In this document: positions 1 to 9,223 of the stretch, in pieces | How the letters are laid out: each line of letters starts with the position of its first letter | Numbering within the stretch: the stretch's first letter is position 1 | Assembly: GCA_030066045.1 (NCBI GenBank) | Contig: JASJCJ010000108.1 | Location: 1-22,978, forward strand | Length of the DNA stretch: 22,978 bases | Direction of reading: 5' to 3' | DNA from: Calothrix sp. MO_167.B12 | GTDB taxonomy: Bacteria; Cyanobacteriota; Cyanobacteriia; Cyanobacteriales; Nostocaceae | The notes under the pieces: generated by a model | What the model was told of the DNA's origin: nothing | What the model saw: the letters and a program-made list of their open reading frames with translations, nothing else | The model's database searches: none | Made by a program: the position numbers and the translations under genes

Positions 1-495
1 CAGGCGGGGGTCTTAGACCCAATGATTGCGAGAGGGAACCAACAGCCAACACCGGAATGTTCTCTTCCCCCAAAAACCCACTGTTGCCTGTTGCCTGTTC
101 CCCGTTCCCTCTCCCGAAGGGAGATAAAAATAAAGTTGCACATCGCTTTATTTACGTCTTTCCAGACTCTAACTCACATAAGCCGTAATATATAAACTTA
201 AAGAGAAAATACACCTCTGATGAATGATTAAAATTAACGAACTGTGATGTGGATGTAATATTTCCAACTTGATTTATCTAAGGTCGCATATGTAAGTAAA
301 TATCAGGTTAAGTAAACTATATTTAATTATTAATATTTTGTTTTTTAGGATATTTTGATTAGCAGATGTTAAACAATATTACTAAACAATAATAATTTCT
401 TAATAATTAAATAAAATAAAGTAATTTTCTGCCCTATAGTAAATACTACCTAGAGGGTAAAAAGAAATATTTATAGCTAATAATTTAATAACTAA

Positions 496-1293
496 TTACC
501 CAAAACGTCCAGAGATATAGTCACGGGTGCGTTCGTCCAAAGCTTTACTAAATATTTGGGTGGTAGATCCAAACTCCACCATTTGACCAACTCGACTTTC
601 ATCAGTATTAAAGAAAGCAGTGAAATCAGAAATACGGGCAGCTTGTTGCATATTGTGAGTAACAATCGCAATGGTTAAATTATTTCGTAGAGAATGAATT
701 AGTTGCTCAATTTTAGTAGTAGCAATGGGGTCAAGGGCAGAACAAGGCTCATCCATTAACAGTACCTTGGGCTTAACTGCTAAAGCACGGGCAATACAAA
801 GCCGTTGTTGTTGTCCTCCAGAAAGTCCCAGAGCAGATGTATGCAACTTATCTTTCACTTCATCCCAAAGAGCCGCATTTTTGATGGCAGATTCGACAAT
901 TTCATCAATTTCTGTCCTTGGTCGCCATCCAGATATTCTTACCCCATAGGCAACGTTATCATAAATGCTCATGGGGAATAAATTTGGTTTTTGAAATACC
1001 ATACCTATTTTGCGGCGCAACCGATTTAAATTAACTCGGCGTTCGTATATATTCTGACCAAAAAACTCAACTTTTCCTTCTATTTTGACTTCTGCTTCCA
1101 ATTCACTAATTCGATTCAGGGATTTAATAAAAGTTGATTTACCGCAACCACTAGGACCAATAATAGCTGTAACTTGATTTTTATAGATGTCCATTGACAC
1201 CCCTGCTAATGCTTTAGTTTGACCATAGTAAAAATTGAGATTACTAACTTTAATAGCTGTACTTAGTTGAGTCATAGTGATTGGTTTGTGCAT
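496..1293 (-). CDS. pstB: Phosphate ABC transporter ATP-binding protein PstB
   Basis: Walker [13 protein letters not shown] signature LSGGQQQR, Walker B VLLMDEP, H-loop VTHN, and a PstB-typical C-terminus ([10 protein letters not shown]). It is the last gene of a pstS-pstC-pstA-pstB series on the minus strand. Confidence 0.95.
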   Translation of the reverse strand: MHKPITMTQLSTAIKVSNLNFYYGQTKALAGVSMDIYKNQVTAIIGPSGCGKSTFIKSLNRISELEAEVKIEGKVEFFGQNIYERRVNLNRLRRKIGMVFQKPNLFPMSIYDNVAYGVRISGWRPRTEIDEIVESAIKNAALWDEVKDKLHTSALGLSGGQQQRLCIARALAVKPKVLLMDEPCSALDPIATTKIEQLIHSLRNNLTIAIVTHNMQQAARISDFTAFFNTDESRVGQMVEFGSTTQIFSKALDERTRDYISGRFG

Positions 1294-1328
1294 AGAGCTA
1301 AGTGAAATAAAAAATTGGGTGAGGATGG

Positions 1329-2318
1329 TTATTTACGTTTACTAATCAGAGTACGAGAGAGTAAACTCGTAAACAAAACTAAACAAAGTAAAACTATGGC
1401 AGCAGTCCAAACTAATGCTGTTTTTTCTGGGGATGGTTCATTGTAAAGATTGAAAATTAATACGGACATAGATGCAGTAGGACTTAATAATCCATCTGAC
1501 CAATTCAAGCTAAATAGAGCCGTAAAAATTAGTGGTGCTGTTTCTCCAGCAGCGCGAGCGATCGCTAGTAAAATACCTGTAGTAATTCCTGGTAATGCCG
1601 CAGTTAAGACAATACAAAATGTGGTTTGTAATCGGGTACCACCTAAAGAAGCAGATGCCAAACGTAGGGAATTAGGAATTAGTTTTAAAGCTTCTTCTGT
1701 TGCCAGCACAATTACAGGTAACATAATTACAGCTAAAGCACAGCCACCTGCAAAAGCACTAAATTGTTTAAAGGTGATTACAATAATACCATAAACAAAA
1801 ATACCCACTACAATTGACGGCACACCAGTCAAAATAGTGTTAATAAAACGAACAAATTTGGCAATGTGAGAACCTTGACTAAACTCCGCTAAAAATATTC
1901 CCGTCATTACCCCCACAGGAATACTAATAGCTGAAGCGATCGCTACCATTTTGATAGTACCTAAAATTGCATTGGCAAAGCCATCATCAATGACTGGTAA
2001 CCAAAACATTTCTAGTTTAATTCCAGATAATCCTCTAGTTAAAATTTCCCACACTATTGACAGTAATGGGACTAATGCTACTAGGGATAAAATAAAAGCG
2101 ATCGCGGTCATACTATAATTAAATATTAACCGCTTTCCTTCCAAAGGTTGAAATAATTCTATTGCCGAATCTTCAGATTTATTTCCCGGATTATATTTAC
2201 CATGTTTGGTCATATTTGAACGAGATGCATTATTTTTACTTTTAGCTGGGTATTTTTCTTTTGAATAGCTATAATCAAATGTTATGAATGCTCTATCTTC
2301 ATGATTGTTGTTTGCCAC
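1329..2318 (-). CDS. pstA: Phosphate ABC transporter permease PstA, with a roughly 65-aa hydrophilic N-terminal extension
   Basis: Polytopic membrane protein with an EAA-type permease loop ([14 protein letters not shown]). It sits between pstC and pstB and overlaps the pstC stop by 20 nt, which is typical of translational coupling. Confidence 0.9.
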   Translation of the reverse strand: MANNNHEDRAFITFDYSYSKEKYPAKSKNNASRSNMTKHGKYNPGNKSEDSAIELFQPLEGKRLIFNYSMTAIAFILSLVALVPLLSIVWEILTRGLSGIKLEMFWLPVIDDGFANAILGTIKMVAIASAISIPVGVMTGIFLAEFSQGSHIAKFVRFINTILTGVPSIVVGIFVYGIIVITFKQFSAFAGGCALAVIMLPVIVLATEEALKLIPNSLRLASASLGGTRLQTTFCIVLTAALPGITTGILLAIARAAGETAPLIFTALFSLNWSDGLLSPTASMSVLIFNLYNEPSPEKTALVWTAAIVLLCLVLFTSLLSRTLISKRK

Positions 2319-3273
2319 GAAGTAACTGTATAATTAGCACTGCACCAATATTTACTGCCAGGGTTAAAGCAAACAAAATTAGCCCTAAATAAGTTAAAGA
2401 ACCAATGTGTAATGTACTATCTGCTTCTGGAAATTCATTAGCTAATACTGCTGGAATTGAATAGCCTGCTTCGAGTAAGGAAATACTAATCACAGAAGAG
2501 TTACCAATTACCATTGTTACAGCCATAGTTTCCCCTAAAGCTCTACCTAGAGCCAGCATTGCTGCACTCAAAATACCGGAAGCCCCAGCAGGAATAAGAA
2601 CTTTAAAAATAGCTTCCCAACGTGTAGAGCCTAAAGCCATAGAGCCAGTTCTTAATTCTTGAGGAATTACTAACAATACATCACGACTAATTGCGGCCAT
2701 GGTTGGCAAAATCATAATTGCTAAAACTATCCCTGCAACTAACATACTCTGACCAAAAGGTTCAGTACTAAATAAAGGGATGAATTGCAAATGTTGAAAT
2801 AGCCATACTTGTAAAGGATTGAGCCACGGAATTAGAATATAAATTCCCCACAAACCAATAATTACACTGGGAATAGCAGCAATTAGTTCCACTAACAAAG
2901 CAATAGGCGATCTCACCCATCTTGGTAAAAAATCTTCCGTAGTGACTAAAGCTACTGCTAAACCAATTGGTACTGCCAATATTAAAGCGAGGGTACTACT
3001 TACTAAGGTTCCATAGATATAGGGCAAAGCACCAAAAATATCACCAGAAACATCCCATTCTTGACTCCACAAAAACCCCAAACCAAACTTAGCGATTGAT
3101 GGATAAGCTTGTTGAAAAATGACCCAACTCATCCAAAACAGGACGGCTACAGTCAATAAAGCAAAACCATGAACTAACCAATTGAATCCTGTTTCTAGAA
3201 GGAAATTTATTCCCTTGGTATCAGTGATATCAATATTTCCAGAATTTACAACTTGTCTCGATGGATTTGTCAT
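2299..3273 (-). CDS. pstC: Phosphate ABC transporter permease PstC
   Basis: Polytopic membrane protein with a permease loop (ALGRALGETMAVTMV). Position is downstream of pstS and upstream of pstA. Confidence 0.9.
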   Translation of the reverse strand: MTNPSRQVVNSGNIDITDTKGINFLLETGFNWLVHGFALLTVAVLFWMSWVIFQQAYPSIAKFGLGFLWSQEWDVSGDIFGALPYIYGTLVSSTLALILAVPIGLAVALVTTEDFLPRWVRSPIALLVELIAAIPSVIIGLWGIYILIPWLNPLQVWLFQHLQFIPLFSTEPFGQSMLVAGIVLAIMILPTMAAISRDVLLVIPQELRTGSMALGSTRWEAIFKVLIPAGASGILSAAMLALGRALGETMAVTMVIGNSSVISISLLEAGYSIPAVLANEFPEADSTLHIGSLTYLGLILFALTLAVNIGAVLIIQLLRGKQQS

Positions 3274-3274
3274 T

Positions 3275-3309
3275 TCAGTTATCAGTTATCAGCTATCAGT
3301 TATCAGTTT
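3275..3309. repeat. Heptamer short tandem repeat, (TCAGTTA)x5 with two variant units
   Basis: Read directly: tcagtta tcagtta tcagcta tcagtta tcagttt. It starts 2 nt from the pstC start codon (3271-3273). Confidence 0.9.
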
Positions 3310-3481
3310 CCCCATCCATAAATCAAGACAGAATTAAGAATACAGTTGGGGGAAAATTTTTAAATTCTCAATTCTAATTTGGGGGCTTAATACCGATTAC
3401 TGTTTAGTCATATACAAATCTGTGTTAACTATGGAAAAAAGTAGGATAGGCAAAAGCTATCCCACCGGGCGAGGAGAATAA

Positions 3482-3590
3482 CACATATCTTGCACCTTCT
3501 CAGTAATGGTAAGGTGGGCAATGCCCACCCTACGATAAAATAAGGTTTTCAGACTTTGATTTGATCAATAATCTTGTGGTGCAAGATGTG
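3482..3590. mobile_element. 109-bp MITE-like element, copy 1 of a 4-member family in this window
   Basis: Terminal inverted repeats CACATATCTTGCACC ... GGTGCAAGATGTG and an internal palindrome GGTGGGCAATGCCCACC. Near-identical 109-bp copies lie at 5132-5240 and 16632-16740. This copy is in the pstS-pstC intergenic spacer. Confidence 0.8.
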
Positions 3591-3613
3591 AAATAACGAA
3601 ATTTATAAATTAA

Positions 3614-4654
3614 TTACTTGACATTGCTTTTAACTGTCTGTATTACCTGACTCGCCACGCTACTAGGAATCCTAGTGTAGTTAAGCTGACCATTATAATT
3701 TTGACCTTTGGTCAGAACCCACTCCACCCATTTTTTCACCGCTTGGGCTTTAGCTGGACTGGAGTATTGTTTGTAAACTAACATCCAAGTTAGACCGACA
3801 ATGGGGTATCCTTGTGTCGAATCCCCGACAAAAACTCGGTAGTTACTGGGGAAACTGACGCTGGATAAAGCCTGATTGGCAGCCTGTAAAGAAGGAGCTA
3901 CAAATTGTCCTGATTTGTTCTGTACTTGGGCTGATTTGAGATTATTAACTGCGGCATATTCGTAGTTAACATAACCAATAGAACCAGGAGTGCGTTTCAC
4001 CAAAGCCGCTACACCTGCATTTCCTTTACCCTTAAGACTCTTTGTTAGCCATTTTGGTTTTTTACTAGTACCAATTCTGCCTTTAAAGTAGGGATTGATA
4101 ACACTCAAATGATTAGTAAAAATGAAGCTAGTACCGCTACCATCAGCACGCACTACGGTTTTAATTGCTGCATTGGGTAGATTGACCCCAGGATTATCTT
4201 TTTTAATTTTTGGGTCGTTCCATTTAGTAATTTGACCGGAAAAAATCCCTGGTAATGTGGTACGAGATAGTTTGAGATTACTTACACCAGGGAGATTATA
4301 AACCACGGAAACAGCACCTCCCGCAGTCGGAACAAGAATTACACCTCCCCTGACCTTAGCCATCTCTGCATCAGTCATTGCCGCATCACTAGCACCAAAA
4401 TCCACAGTACCAGCAATAGTTTGTCTGATGCCACCACTGCTACCAATCCCTTGATAATTAATTTTCAAGTTTGGATGCGTTTTTCTCACTTCCTGAGCAT
4501 ATTTTACATACAGTGGTTGAGGGAAAGTTGCTCCTGCACCATTTACGGTTTGCCCTTGGGCAATTGATGTAAATAAGGGTAAAAAGGCAATAGATGTTGT
4601 TATTGCTGAAGTCGTAAAGGCGCGATTCATAATGGTGAAAAAAGCCATATTCAC
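3614..4654 (-). CDS. pstS: Phosphate ABC transporter substrate-binding protein PstS
   Basis: N-terminal signal-like hydrophobic segment followed by the PstS-type motifs GAGATFPQPLY, GIGSSGGI and DGSGTSFIFT. It is the first gene of the pst operon. Confidence 0.9.
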   Translation of the reverse strand: MNMAFFTIMNRAFTTSAITTSIAFLPLFTSIAQGQTVNGAGATFPQPLYVKYAQEVRKTHPNLKINYQGIGSSGGIRQTIAGTVDFGASDAAMTDAEMAKVRGGVILVPTAGGAVSVVYNLPGVSNLKLSRTTLPGIFSGQITKWNDPKIKKDNPGVNLPNAAIKTVVRADGSGTSFIFTNHLSVINPYFKGRIGTSKKPKWLTKSLKGKGNAGVAALVKRTPGSIGYVNYEYAAVNNLKSAQVQNKSGQFVAPSLQAANQALSSVSFPSNYRVFVGDSTQGYPIVGLTWMLVYKQYSSPAKAQAVKKWVEWVLTKGQNYNGQLNYTRIPSSVASQVIQTVKSNVK

Positions 4655-4727
4655 CTTGTATTTAAGAATAGAATGAGTACTTCAGCTTCTAGTAAAAAAC
4701 AAAGACATACTATTTATAGTTATGAAG

Positions 4728-4768
4728 CGTTTAATTAATGTTTAAATATAATTTAAAGAATGGTTAAT
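4728..4768 (-). promoter_or_regulatory. Candidate Pho-box array (PhoB/SphR-type) upstream of pstS
   Basis: Four TTAA cores at 4731, 4742, 4753 and 4764 are spaced exactly 11 bp apart, 74-114 nt upstream of the pstS ATG. In gene orientation the 8-mers read ATTAACCA, TTTAAATT, TTTAAACA and ATTAAACG. These resemble the cyanobacterial Pho-box unit PyTTAAPyPy(T/A), which is repeated with 3-bp spacers. The region is AT-rich, so a chance match is possible. Confidence 0.4.
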
Positions 4769-4923
4769 TTTATTGATTAGTTGTAGATTTATATGTACTG
4801 TTTAGTACAGTGTTTGATATATTTATCGGTGGATCTTGGTGCTTAGAATTATTTTTACCGATGACTTTCAGGGTTTCAGAAAAGTTCCTCAAATCTGCCC
4901 AGCCTGACTCAAATCTGCTTGGG

Positions 4924-5097
4924 ATCACCAGCAGGCGGAGCCTCCTTTCCCTGGTTCCCAAGCTGAGCCTGGGAACCAGAATATAGAGCCTCTGGCTGTT
5001 ACCAGTTACTTTTTACTTATTGCTTACTTCACCCAGGCAAGGGCACGGCATACACAATTTTTACCGTTATGAGAATCATCTTACTGATGCCGTGCCC
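4924..5097. repeat. Mosaic of dispersed GC-rich hairpin repeats
   Basis: There is a 10-bp stem ctggttccca/tgggaaccag (4941-4950 and 4960-4969) and an 11-bp stem gggcacggcat/atgccgtgccc (5041-5051 and 5087-5097). The motif aggcggagcctc recurs at 13918-13930. Confidence 0.7.
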
Positions 5098-5131
5098 CTA
5101 CGGGATAATTTGTTTTTTTGGTATTCCCTTA

Positions 5132-5240
5132 CACATATCTTGCACCTTCTCAATAAGCGTAAGGTGGGCATTGCCCACCCTACGAAATAATAAGGGTTAC
5201 AGGCGATAATTTTCGCAATAATCATGTGGTGCAAGATGTG
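5132..5240. mobile_element. 109-bp MITE-like element, copy 2
   Basis: Same TIRs and central GGTGGGCATTGCCCACC palindrome as copy 1. It ends 3 nt from the stop codon of the 5244-6266 CDS. Confidence 0.8.
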
Positions 5241-5243
5241 AAC

Positions 5244-6266
5244 TTACTTGACAAACGAGGGCATGATTTCAGCGGCGGTAAATAAACCATGAATGCCTTG
5301 TTGATGCAGTTTTACACCTGCTTTGAGATAACCAAAGGCTGGTCCGCAAACGTTGGCAGCCATACTGGTTTCATCCCCTAAAGTAAAGGTATGGGTAGAA
5401 ATTTTGCCTTCAAAGGTGCGGCCGGTAATCTTCACATTAGTACTGAGGGGCTTTTTGGGATTACGGGTATCAACTACACCACCCACAGTGACGCGATCGC
5501 GATCGCAAATTCCTGCTAGTTCTAACATGATATCATCGGCGTGTTCCATATTTTCTAGGGTCAGTACGCCGTTGGTTTTATCTAACAGTGCTTCTACTTC
5601 TTCATCTGTCATGGTTCTGGCACTATCCACTGTGTAACCGGGCATATGGGCTATATCTTCCCGGATGGTGGCGCGGTAAGCTTCCCAGTTGGCAATCCCC
5701 ACCCCAAAGGTTATTTTGACTTGATGGATTTCGGCATAGCTTTGGGCAGCTACGGCTGCTGCTGCTGTTAATAGTCCTGGTGTTGCACCACACCCACTCA
5801 TGTAAGTAATTCCCGCAGCTTGCAATTCTGCTTTCATCTCCAGTAGTTGTTCTACTGCGCTGGTGCGTTTAATTGCATCTACTAACACCCCACGCCAACC
5901 AGATTGAATAAATTGCTTGGTGACAGAAGCAATAAAATCATTGGGTAAGTTGGGTAAAGCCAGAAAATAGCCATCCACTGAATGATTGCTAGCAAGTAAA
6001 TCCTGAATGCTATTGTTGCTGATGGTACCTGCTGGTTCTAAATAACCCACAGAACCTTGAGATTGGTAAGCTTTAATGGATGCTTGTACGTCTAAACCTT
6101 CAACGGAGTATGCATAACCACCTTTATCTGCGGCTGCGACTAAAATCATTTCCCGTTTTGGTGCTATGACTCTAGCAGCAGCTTGTCCGAGTCCACCAAA
6201 ACCCAAAACACCGATGCGGATTGTTTGGGGAAGGTTGTTATTATCTGTGGTTTGTTCTGTGTTCAT
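5244..6266 (-). CDS. NAD(P)-binding Rossmann-fold oxidoreductase (saccharopine/homoserine-dehydrogenase-like; exact family not certain)
   Basis: 340-aa ORF with an N-terminal dinucleotide-binding motif [18 protein letters not shown]. There are no internal stops, and the antisense ORF is a shadow. Confidence 0.75.
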   Translation of the reverse strand: MNTEQTTDNNNLPQTIRIGVLGFGGLGQAAARVIAPKREMILVAAADKGGYAYSVEGLDVQASIKAYQSQGSVGYLEPAGTISNNSIQDLLASNHSVDGYFLALPNLPNDFIASVTKQFIQSGWRGVLVDAIKRTSAVEQLLEMKAELQAAGITYMSGCGATPGLLTAAAAVAAQSYAEIHQVKITFGVGIANWEAYRATIREDIAHMPGYTVDSARTMTDEEVEALLDKTNGVLTLENMEHADDIMLELAGICDRDRVTVGGVVDTRNPKKPLSTNVKITGRTFEGKISTHTFTLGDETSMAANVCGPAFGYLKAGVKLHQQGIHGLFTAAEIMPSFVK

Positions 6267-6560
6267 AAGTCTATCACTTGAGTAAAATTAGCTCTCACCA
6301 GCTATGTTCAGTGCTTGTGGCTGATAATACCGATAATTAGGTGCGAGCAAAATAATTATGTTTTATTATCCTGGTTATTCTCCGAAGTGATCTATTTTTT
6401 AAGCAAAAATTCTGCGGTAAGTGGAATGCTCCCCTTCCCACTTGTTTGAAGATTCTGTGAAAACAAGTCCATGCGATCGCTTTCTATCATCCCAAAAAAA
6501 GGGAGCCGCAGCCCCCAAACAAACCGACTAGCCAGCTAAACAAAAACGCCCCAGACGAGG

Positions 6561-7079
6561 ATGACTAAAGGGATTGTATTTTTATCCACCCCACACACAG
6601 GTTCCCATTTGGCTAATTTAATCGATAATATTGGTGTTTTAGCAAGACCCACTGTCAATGTTGAAGAATTAAAAGCCCATGCCCCTGAGTTACGTAGTCT
6701 CAATGAATGGTATCGGCAAAATGTTGAGAGTTTAGTAATTGATACCAAAGTTTTTTATGAAACTCAGCCTATACATGGAATTTTGGTTGTGGATGAGGAT
6801 AGTGCTAACCCAGGGATTAAGGATGTAAAGCCTGTTGCAGTGCCATTTGATCACAATTCTATTGCCAAGCCTCAAAAAAATGACTTAGTTTATCTCGGTG
6901 TCAAAAAGTTTGTTATCCAACACTTACCTTCCCAACTACAATTACCTCCTGGTGCATCAAATGCTGTACAACAACCAATGGCAGGGGATAATACAAGGAT
7001 AGCAGACACAGTTGGAAACATTGGGGTTGTAAACCAGAACAGTTCTATTCAGAATCAGAATATTCATCAAACCTTTTGA
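6561..7079 (+). CDS. C-terminal remnant of an alpha/beta-hydrolase-like (putative serine esterase) effector domain, probably a fragment of a disrupted STAND gene
   Basis: It begins with the motif GIVFLSTPHTGS only 3 residues after the Met. A TAA at 6537-6539 closes the frame immediately upstream, so I see no GxSxG nucleophile region. It ends at a TGA (7077-7079) that is in frame with the NB-ARC ORF. Confidence 0.55.
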   Translation: MTKGIVFLSTPHTGSHLANLIDNIGVLARPTVNVEELKAHAPELRSLNEWYRQNVESLVIDTKVFYETQPIHGILVVDEDSANPGIKDVKPVAVPFDHNSIAKPQKNDLVYLGVKKFVIQHLPSQLQLPPGASNAVQQPMAGDNTRIADTVGNIGVVNQNSSIQNQNIHQTF

Positions 7080-7172
7080 CTAGAGTCGCCTGAACGGGGA
7101 ACGGGCAAAGTTAAATCCCCCAGATATATTCCATATAAAGGCGTTAAAACCTTTGTTGGCAGAGAAAAGGAA

Positions 7173-8990
7173 ATGAAACTGCTGCATGAGAAGCTACAAC
7201 AATCTAATGCAGTGGCAATTTCTGCTATTGCTGGTATGGGGGGAGTAGGTAAGACGGAATTAGCAACCCAGTATGCAAGACAACATGAAGCTGATTATCC
7301 AGGGGGGATTTGCTGGTTAAATGCCAGAGATACTAATCTGGCAGCAGAGATTATCCAGTTTTATCAGTTTTATGTGGATAATCAAGGAGAAATTCCCCAA
7401 CAGATAGGAGAAAGACAGCTCACGGTATCTGAACAAGCTATCTGGTGTTGGGACAATTGGCAACCTGAGGAAGGATTGATATTAGTTGTTTGGGATGATG
7501 TCACGGATTTAGGCAGTTGTCAGCAACTACTACCAACAAATAACCGTTTTCGTCTGCTGATTACTACCAGACTACGCAATCTCGATCCCAATATTGTGGA
7601 AGAGATACCCTTAGATATATTGTCCCCCGAGAAATCTTTAGAACTACTGGTAGTGTTGGTAGGGAAAAAGCGAGTAGAGAAGGAAAGAGAAACAGCAGCA
7701 GAATTATGTAAGTGGTTGGGATACCTGCCATTGGGGTTAGAATTAGTCGGGCGATATCTAGCAGATGACCCGGATTTATCATTGTCAGAAATGTTAGCAA
7801 GTCTGGAACAACAGCGATTGAATGATGAAGCACTAGAATATTCATCGGAGAGTTGGACTACAGCACAGCGAGGGGTTAAAGCTGCATTTGAATTAAGTTG
7901 GCAGAAGCTAGATGCCATGACACAAGGGGTGGCGGAGTTATTAAGTTTGTTTGCTCCAGATGTAATTCCTTGGGGTTTGGTTACATCTATCTGTCAGAGA
8001 TTGGATGGGAATAAAGCTGATATTAACAAAGCCAAAAAACAACTATATAAGCATTATTTAATACAGCGATTAGAAGATAGAGAAAGTAGTTATAAAATTC
8101 ATCCTCTAATCCGCCAATTCCTACAAGCAAAGTTAGAGTTAACACCATCAGCCGATGAGTTGAAGCAGGCTTTCGCTGCGGCAATGGTAGCGGTTGAAAA
8201 AAGAATTCCTGAAAATCCTGTCATGACAGAGATTGAATCGGTTAAAGATGCTATACCCCATCTGATAGAGGTAGCAGAACATCTGATAGCAGTGGTGATT
8301 GATGAAGATTTATATTGGGTGTTTGAGGGGTTAAGCAGATTTTATGAAGGACAAGGATTATATGCATTGGCAGAGCCTTGGCGTAAGCAGTGCGTATCAG
8401 TGCTACAAACTCGCTTGAAAGAAGAAAATCCCTATATCGCTACCAGTTACAACAATCTGGCAGGACTCTACTCAGACCAAGGACGTTACACAGAAGCCGA
8501 ACCTCTGTATCAAAAAGCTTTATCACTAAGGCAACAGTTCCTAGGAGAGAAACATCCCGATGTTGCCACATCTTACAATTGTCTGGCAGGACTCTACTCT
8601 GAACAAGGACGGTACAGCGAAGCCGAACTCCTGTATCAAAAAGCTTTATCACTCAGGCAACGGTTCCTGGGAGAAGAACATCCTGATATTGCCACATCTT
8701 ACAACTGTCTGGCTTTTCTCTATTATTCCCAAGGACGATACACAGAAGCAGAACCTCTGTATCAAAAAGCTTTATCACTCAGGCAACAGTTCCTGGGAGA
8801 AGAACATCCTGATGTCGCTACCAGTTACAACAATCTGGCTCTTCTCTACTACTCCCAAGGACGGTATAGTGAAGTGGAACCCCTGTATCAAAAAGCATTG
8901 ATGATTTTTGAGCAACGGTTAGGGACAGAACACCCTAATACTGTTACTGTTCGCAATAATCTGGAATTTCTTCGTAGCAATATGGACTGA
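7173..8990 (+). CDS. STAND NTPase with an NB-ARC domain and C-terminal TPR repeats
   Basis: P-loop GMGGVGKTELA, Walker B LILVVWDDV and GLPLA-like GYLPLGLELVG, followed by four 42-aa TPR-pair units (ATSYNNLAGLY..GRY.EAEPLYQKAL). The conserved pre-P-loop motif FVGREKE lies upstream of the first ATG, in frame. Confidence 0.9.
   Translation: MKLLHEKLQQSNAVAISAIAGMGGVGKTELATQYARQHEADYPGGICWLNARDTNLAAEIIQFYQFYVDNQGEIPQQIGERQLTVSEQAIWCWDNWQPEEGLILVVWDDVTDLGSCQQLLPTNNRFRLLITTRLRNLDPNIVEEIPLDILSPEKSLELLVVLVGKKRVEKERETAAELCKWLGYLPLGLELVGRYLADDPDLSLSEMLASLEQQRLNDEALEYSSESWTTAQRGVKAAFELSWQKLDAMTQGVAELLSLFAPDVIPWGLVTSICQRLDGNKADINKAKKQLYKHYLIQRLEDRESSYKIHPLIRQFLQAKLELTPSADELKQAFAAAMVAVEKRIPENPVMTEIESVKDAIPHLIEVAEHLIAVVIDEDLYWVFEGLSRFYEGQGLYALAEPWRKQCVSVLQTRLKEENPYIATSYNNLAGLYSDQGRYTEAEPLYQKALSLRQQFLGEKHPDVATSYNCLAGLYSEQGRYSEAELLYQKALSLRQRFLGEEHPDIATSYNCLAFLYYSQGRYTEAEPLYQKALSLRQQFLGEEHPDVATSYNNLALLYYSQGRYSEVEPLYQKALMIFEQRLGTEHPNTVTVRNNLEFLRSNMD
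8439..8942 (+). repeat. Four tandem 126-bp (42-codon) repeats encoding the TPR array
   Basis: Units at 8439-8564, 8565-8690, 8691-8816 and 8817-8942. The first three are near-identical at DNA level and the fourth is more diverged. They generate the spurious out-of-frame ORFs 8390-8602, 8440-8652 and 8560-8901. Confidence 0.9.
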
Positions 8991-9013
8991 TTATCCCTTT
9001 GAAATCACTCTCG

Positions 9014-9184
9014 CTAGGGCGTGTTTTCAAAGTCGCCGTCACCCTAGAAGGGTGCGGCTACACGTACAAAGTCCGCCTACGCGGACTACGAAAAATTAGG
9101 GTTTTTAGCCTGCGTAGGCAGGCTTTGATCGTGTAGCCCCAGGCTTTAGCCTGAGGGTTTTAGGGGTTTGAAAACATACCCTAG
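9014..9184. mobile_element. 171-bp MITE-like element between convergent genes
   Basis: Imperfect TIRs CTAGGGCGTGTTTTCAAA ... TTTGAAAACATACCCTAG. Internal hairpins: gtccgcctacgcggac, agcctgcgtaggcaggct and ccaggctttagcctgagg. Confidence 0.65.
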
Positions 9185-9223
9185 GCGTAGTTTGGGTTGG
9201 GGCTTGACTAACCAGCCGCCACA

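Noticed and set aside
1-200. An open frame running from the left edge of the window (QAGVLDPMIARGNQQ...).
   Set aside because: It passes through CTGTTGC-type heptamer repeats and a tctccc-gaa-gggaga hairpin. The sequence is low-complexity with no recognisable motif, so it is probably non-coding DNA downstream of pstB.
725-949. Antisense or out-of-frame track ORFs that lie inside clear genes. They are 725-949, 1450-1794, 5353-5637, 7520-7918, 7564-7845, 8390-8602, 8440-8652, 8560-8901, 13252-13440, 17293-17490, 17901-18110, 18661-18855, 20600-20926 and 21722-21943.
   Set aside because: Each lies wholly within a longer ORF that has strong family motifs. Their sequences are low-complexity shadows, and those at 8390-8901 are artefacts of the 126-bp TPR repeats.
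4770-4961. Track ORFs in intergenic repeat or tRNA DNA: 4770-4961, 6536-6748, 14696-14878, 14724-14942, 15513-15740, 16516-16770 and 17126-17311.
   Set aside because: They run through dispersed hairpin repeats, a MITE, the tRNA-Thr gene or gene ends. They lack SD sequences and recognisable motifs. 4770-4961 also overlaps the putative pstS promoter and Pho boxes.
7077-7079. The in-frame TGA read as selenocysteine or programmed recoding.
   Set aside because: I saw no obvious SECIS-like hairpin immediately downstream. The position lies in a poorly conserved Gln/Asn-rich linker, not an active site. A nonsense mutation or sequencing error is more parsimonious.
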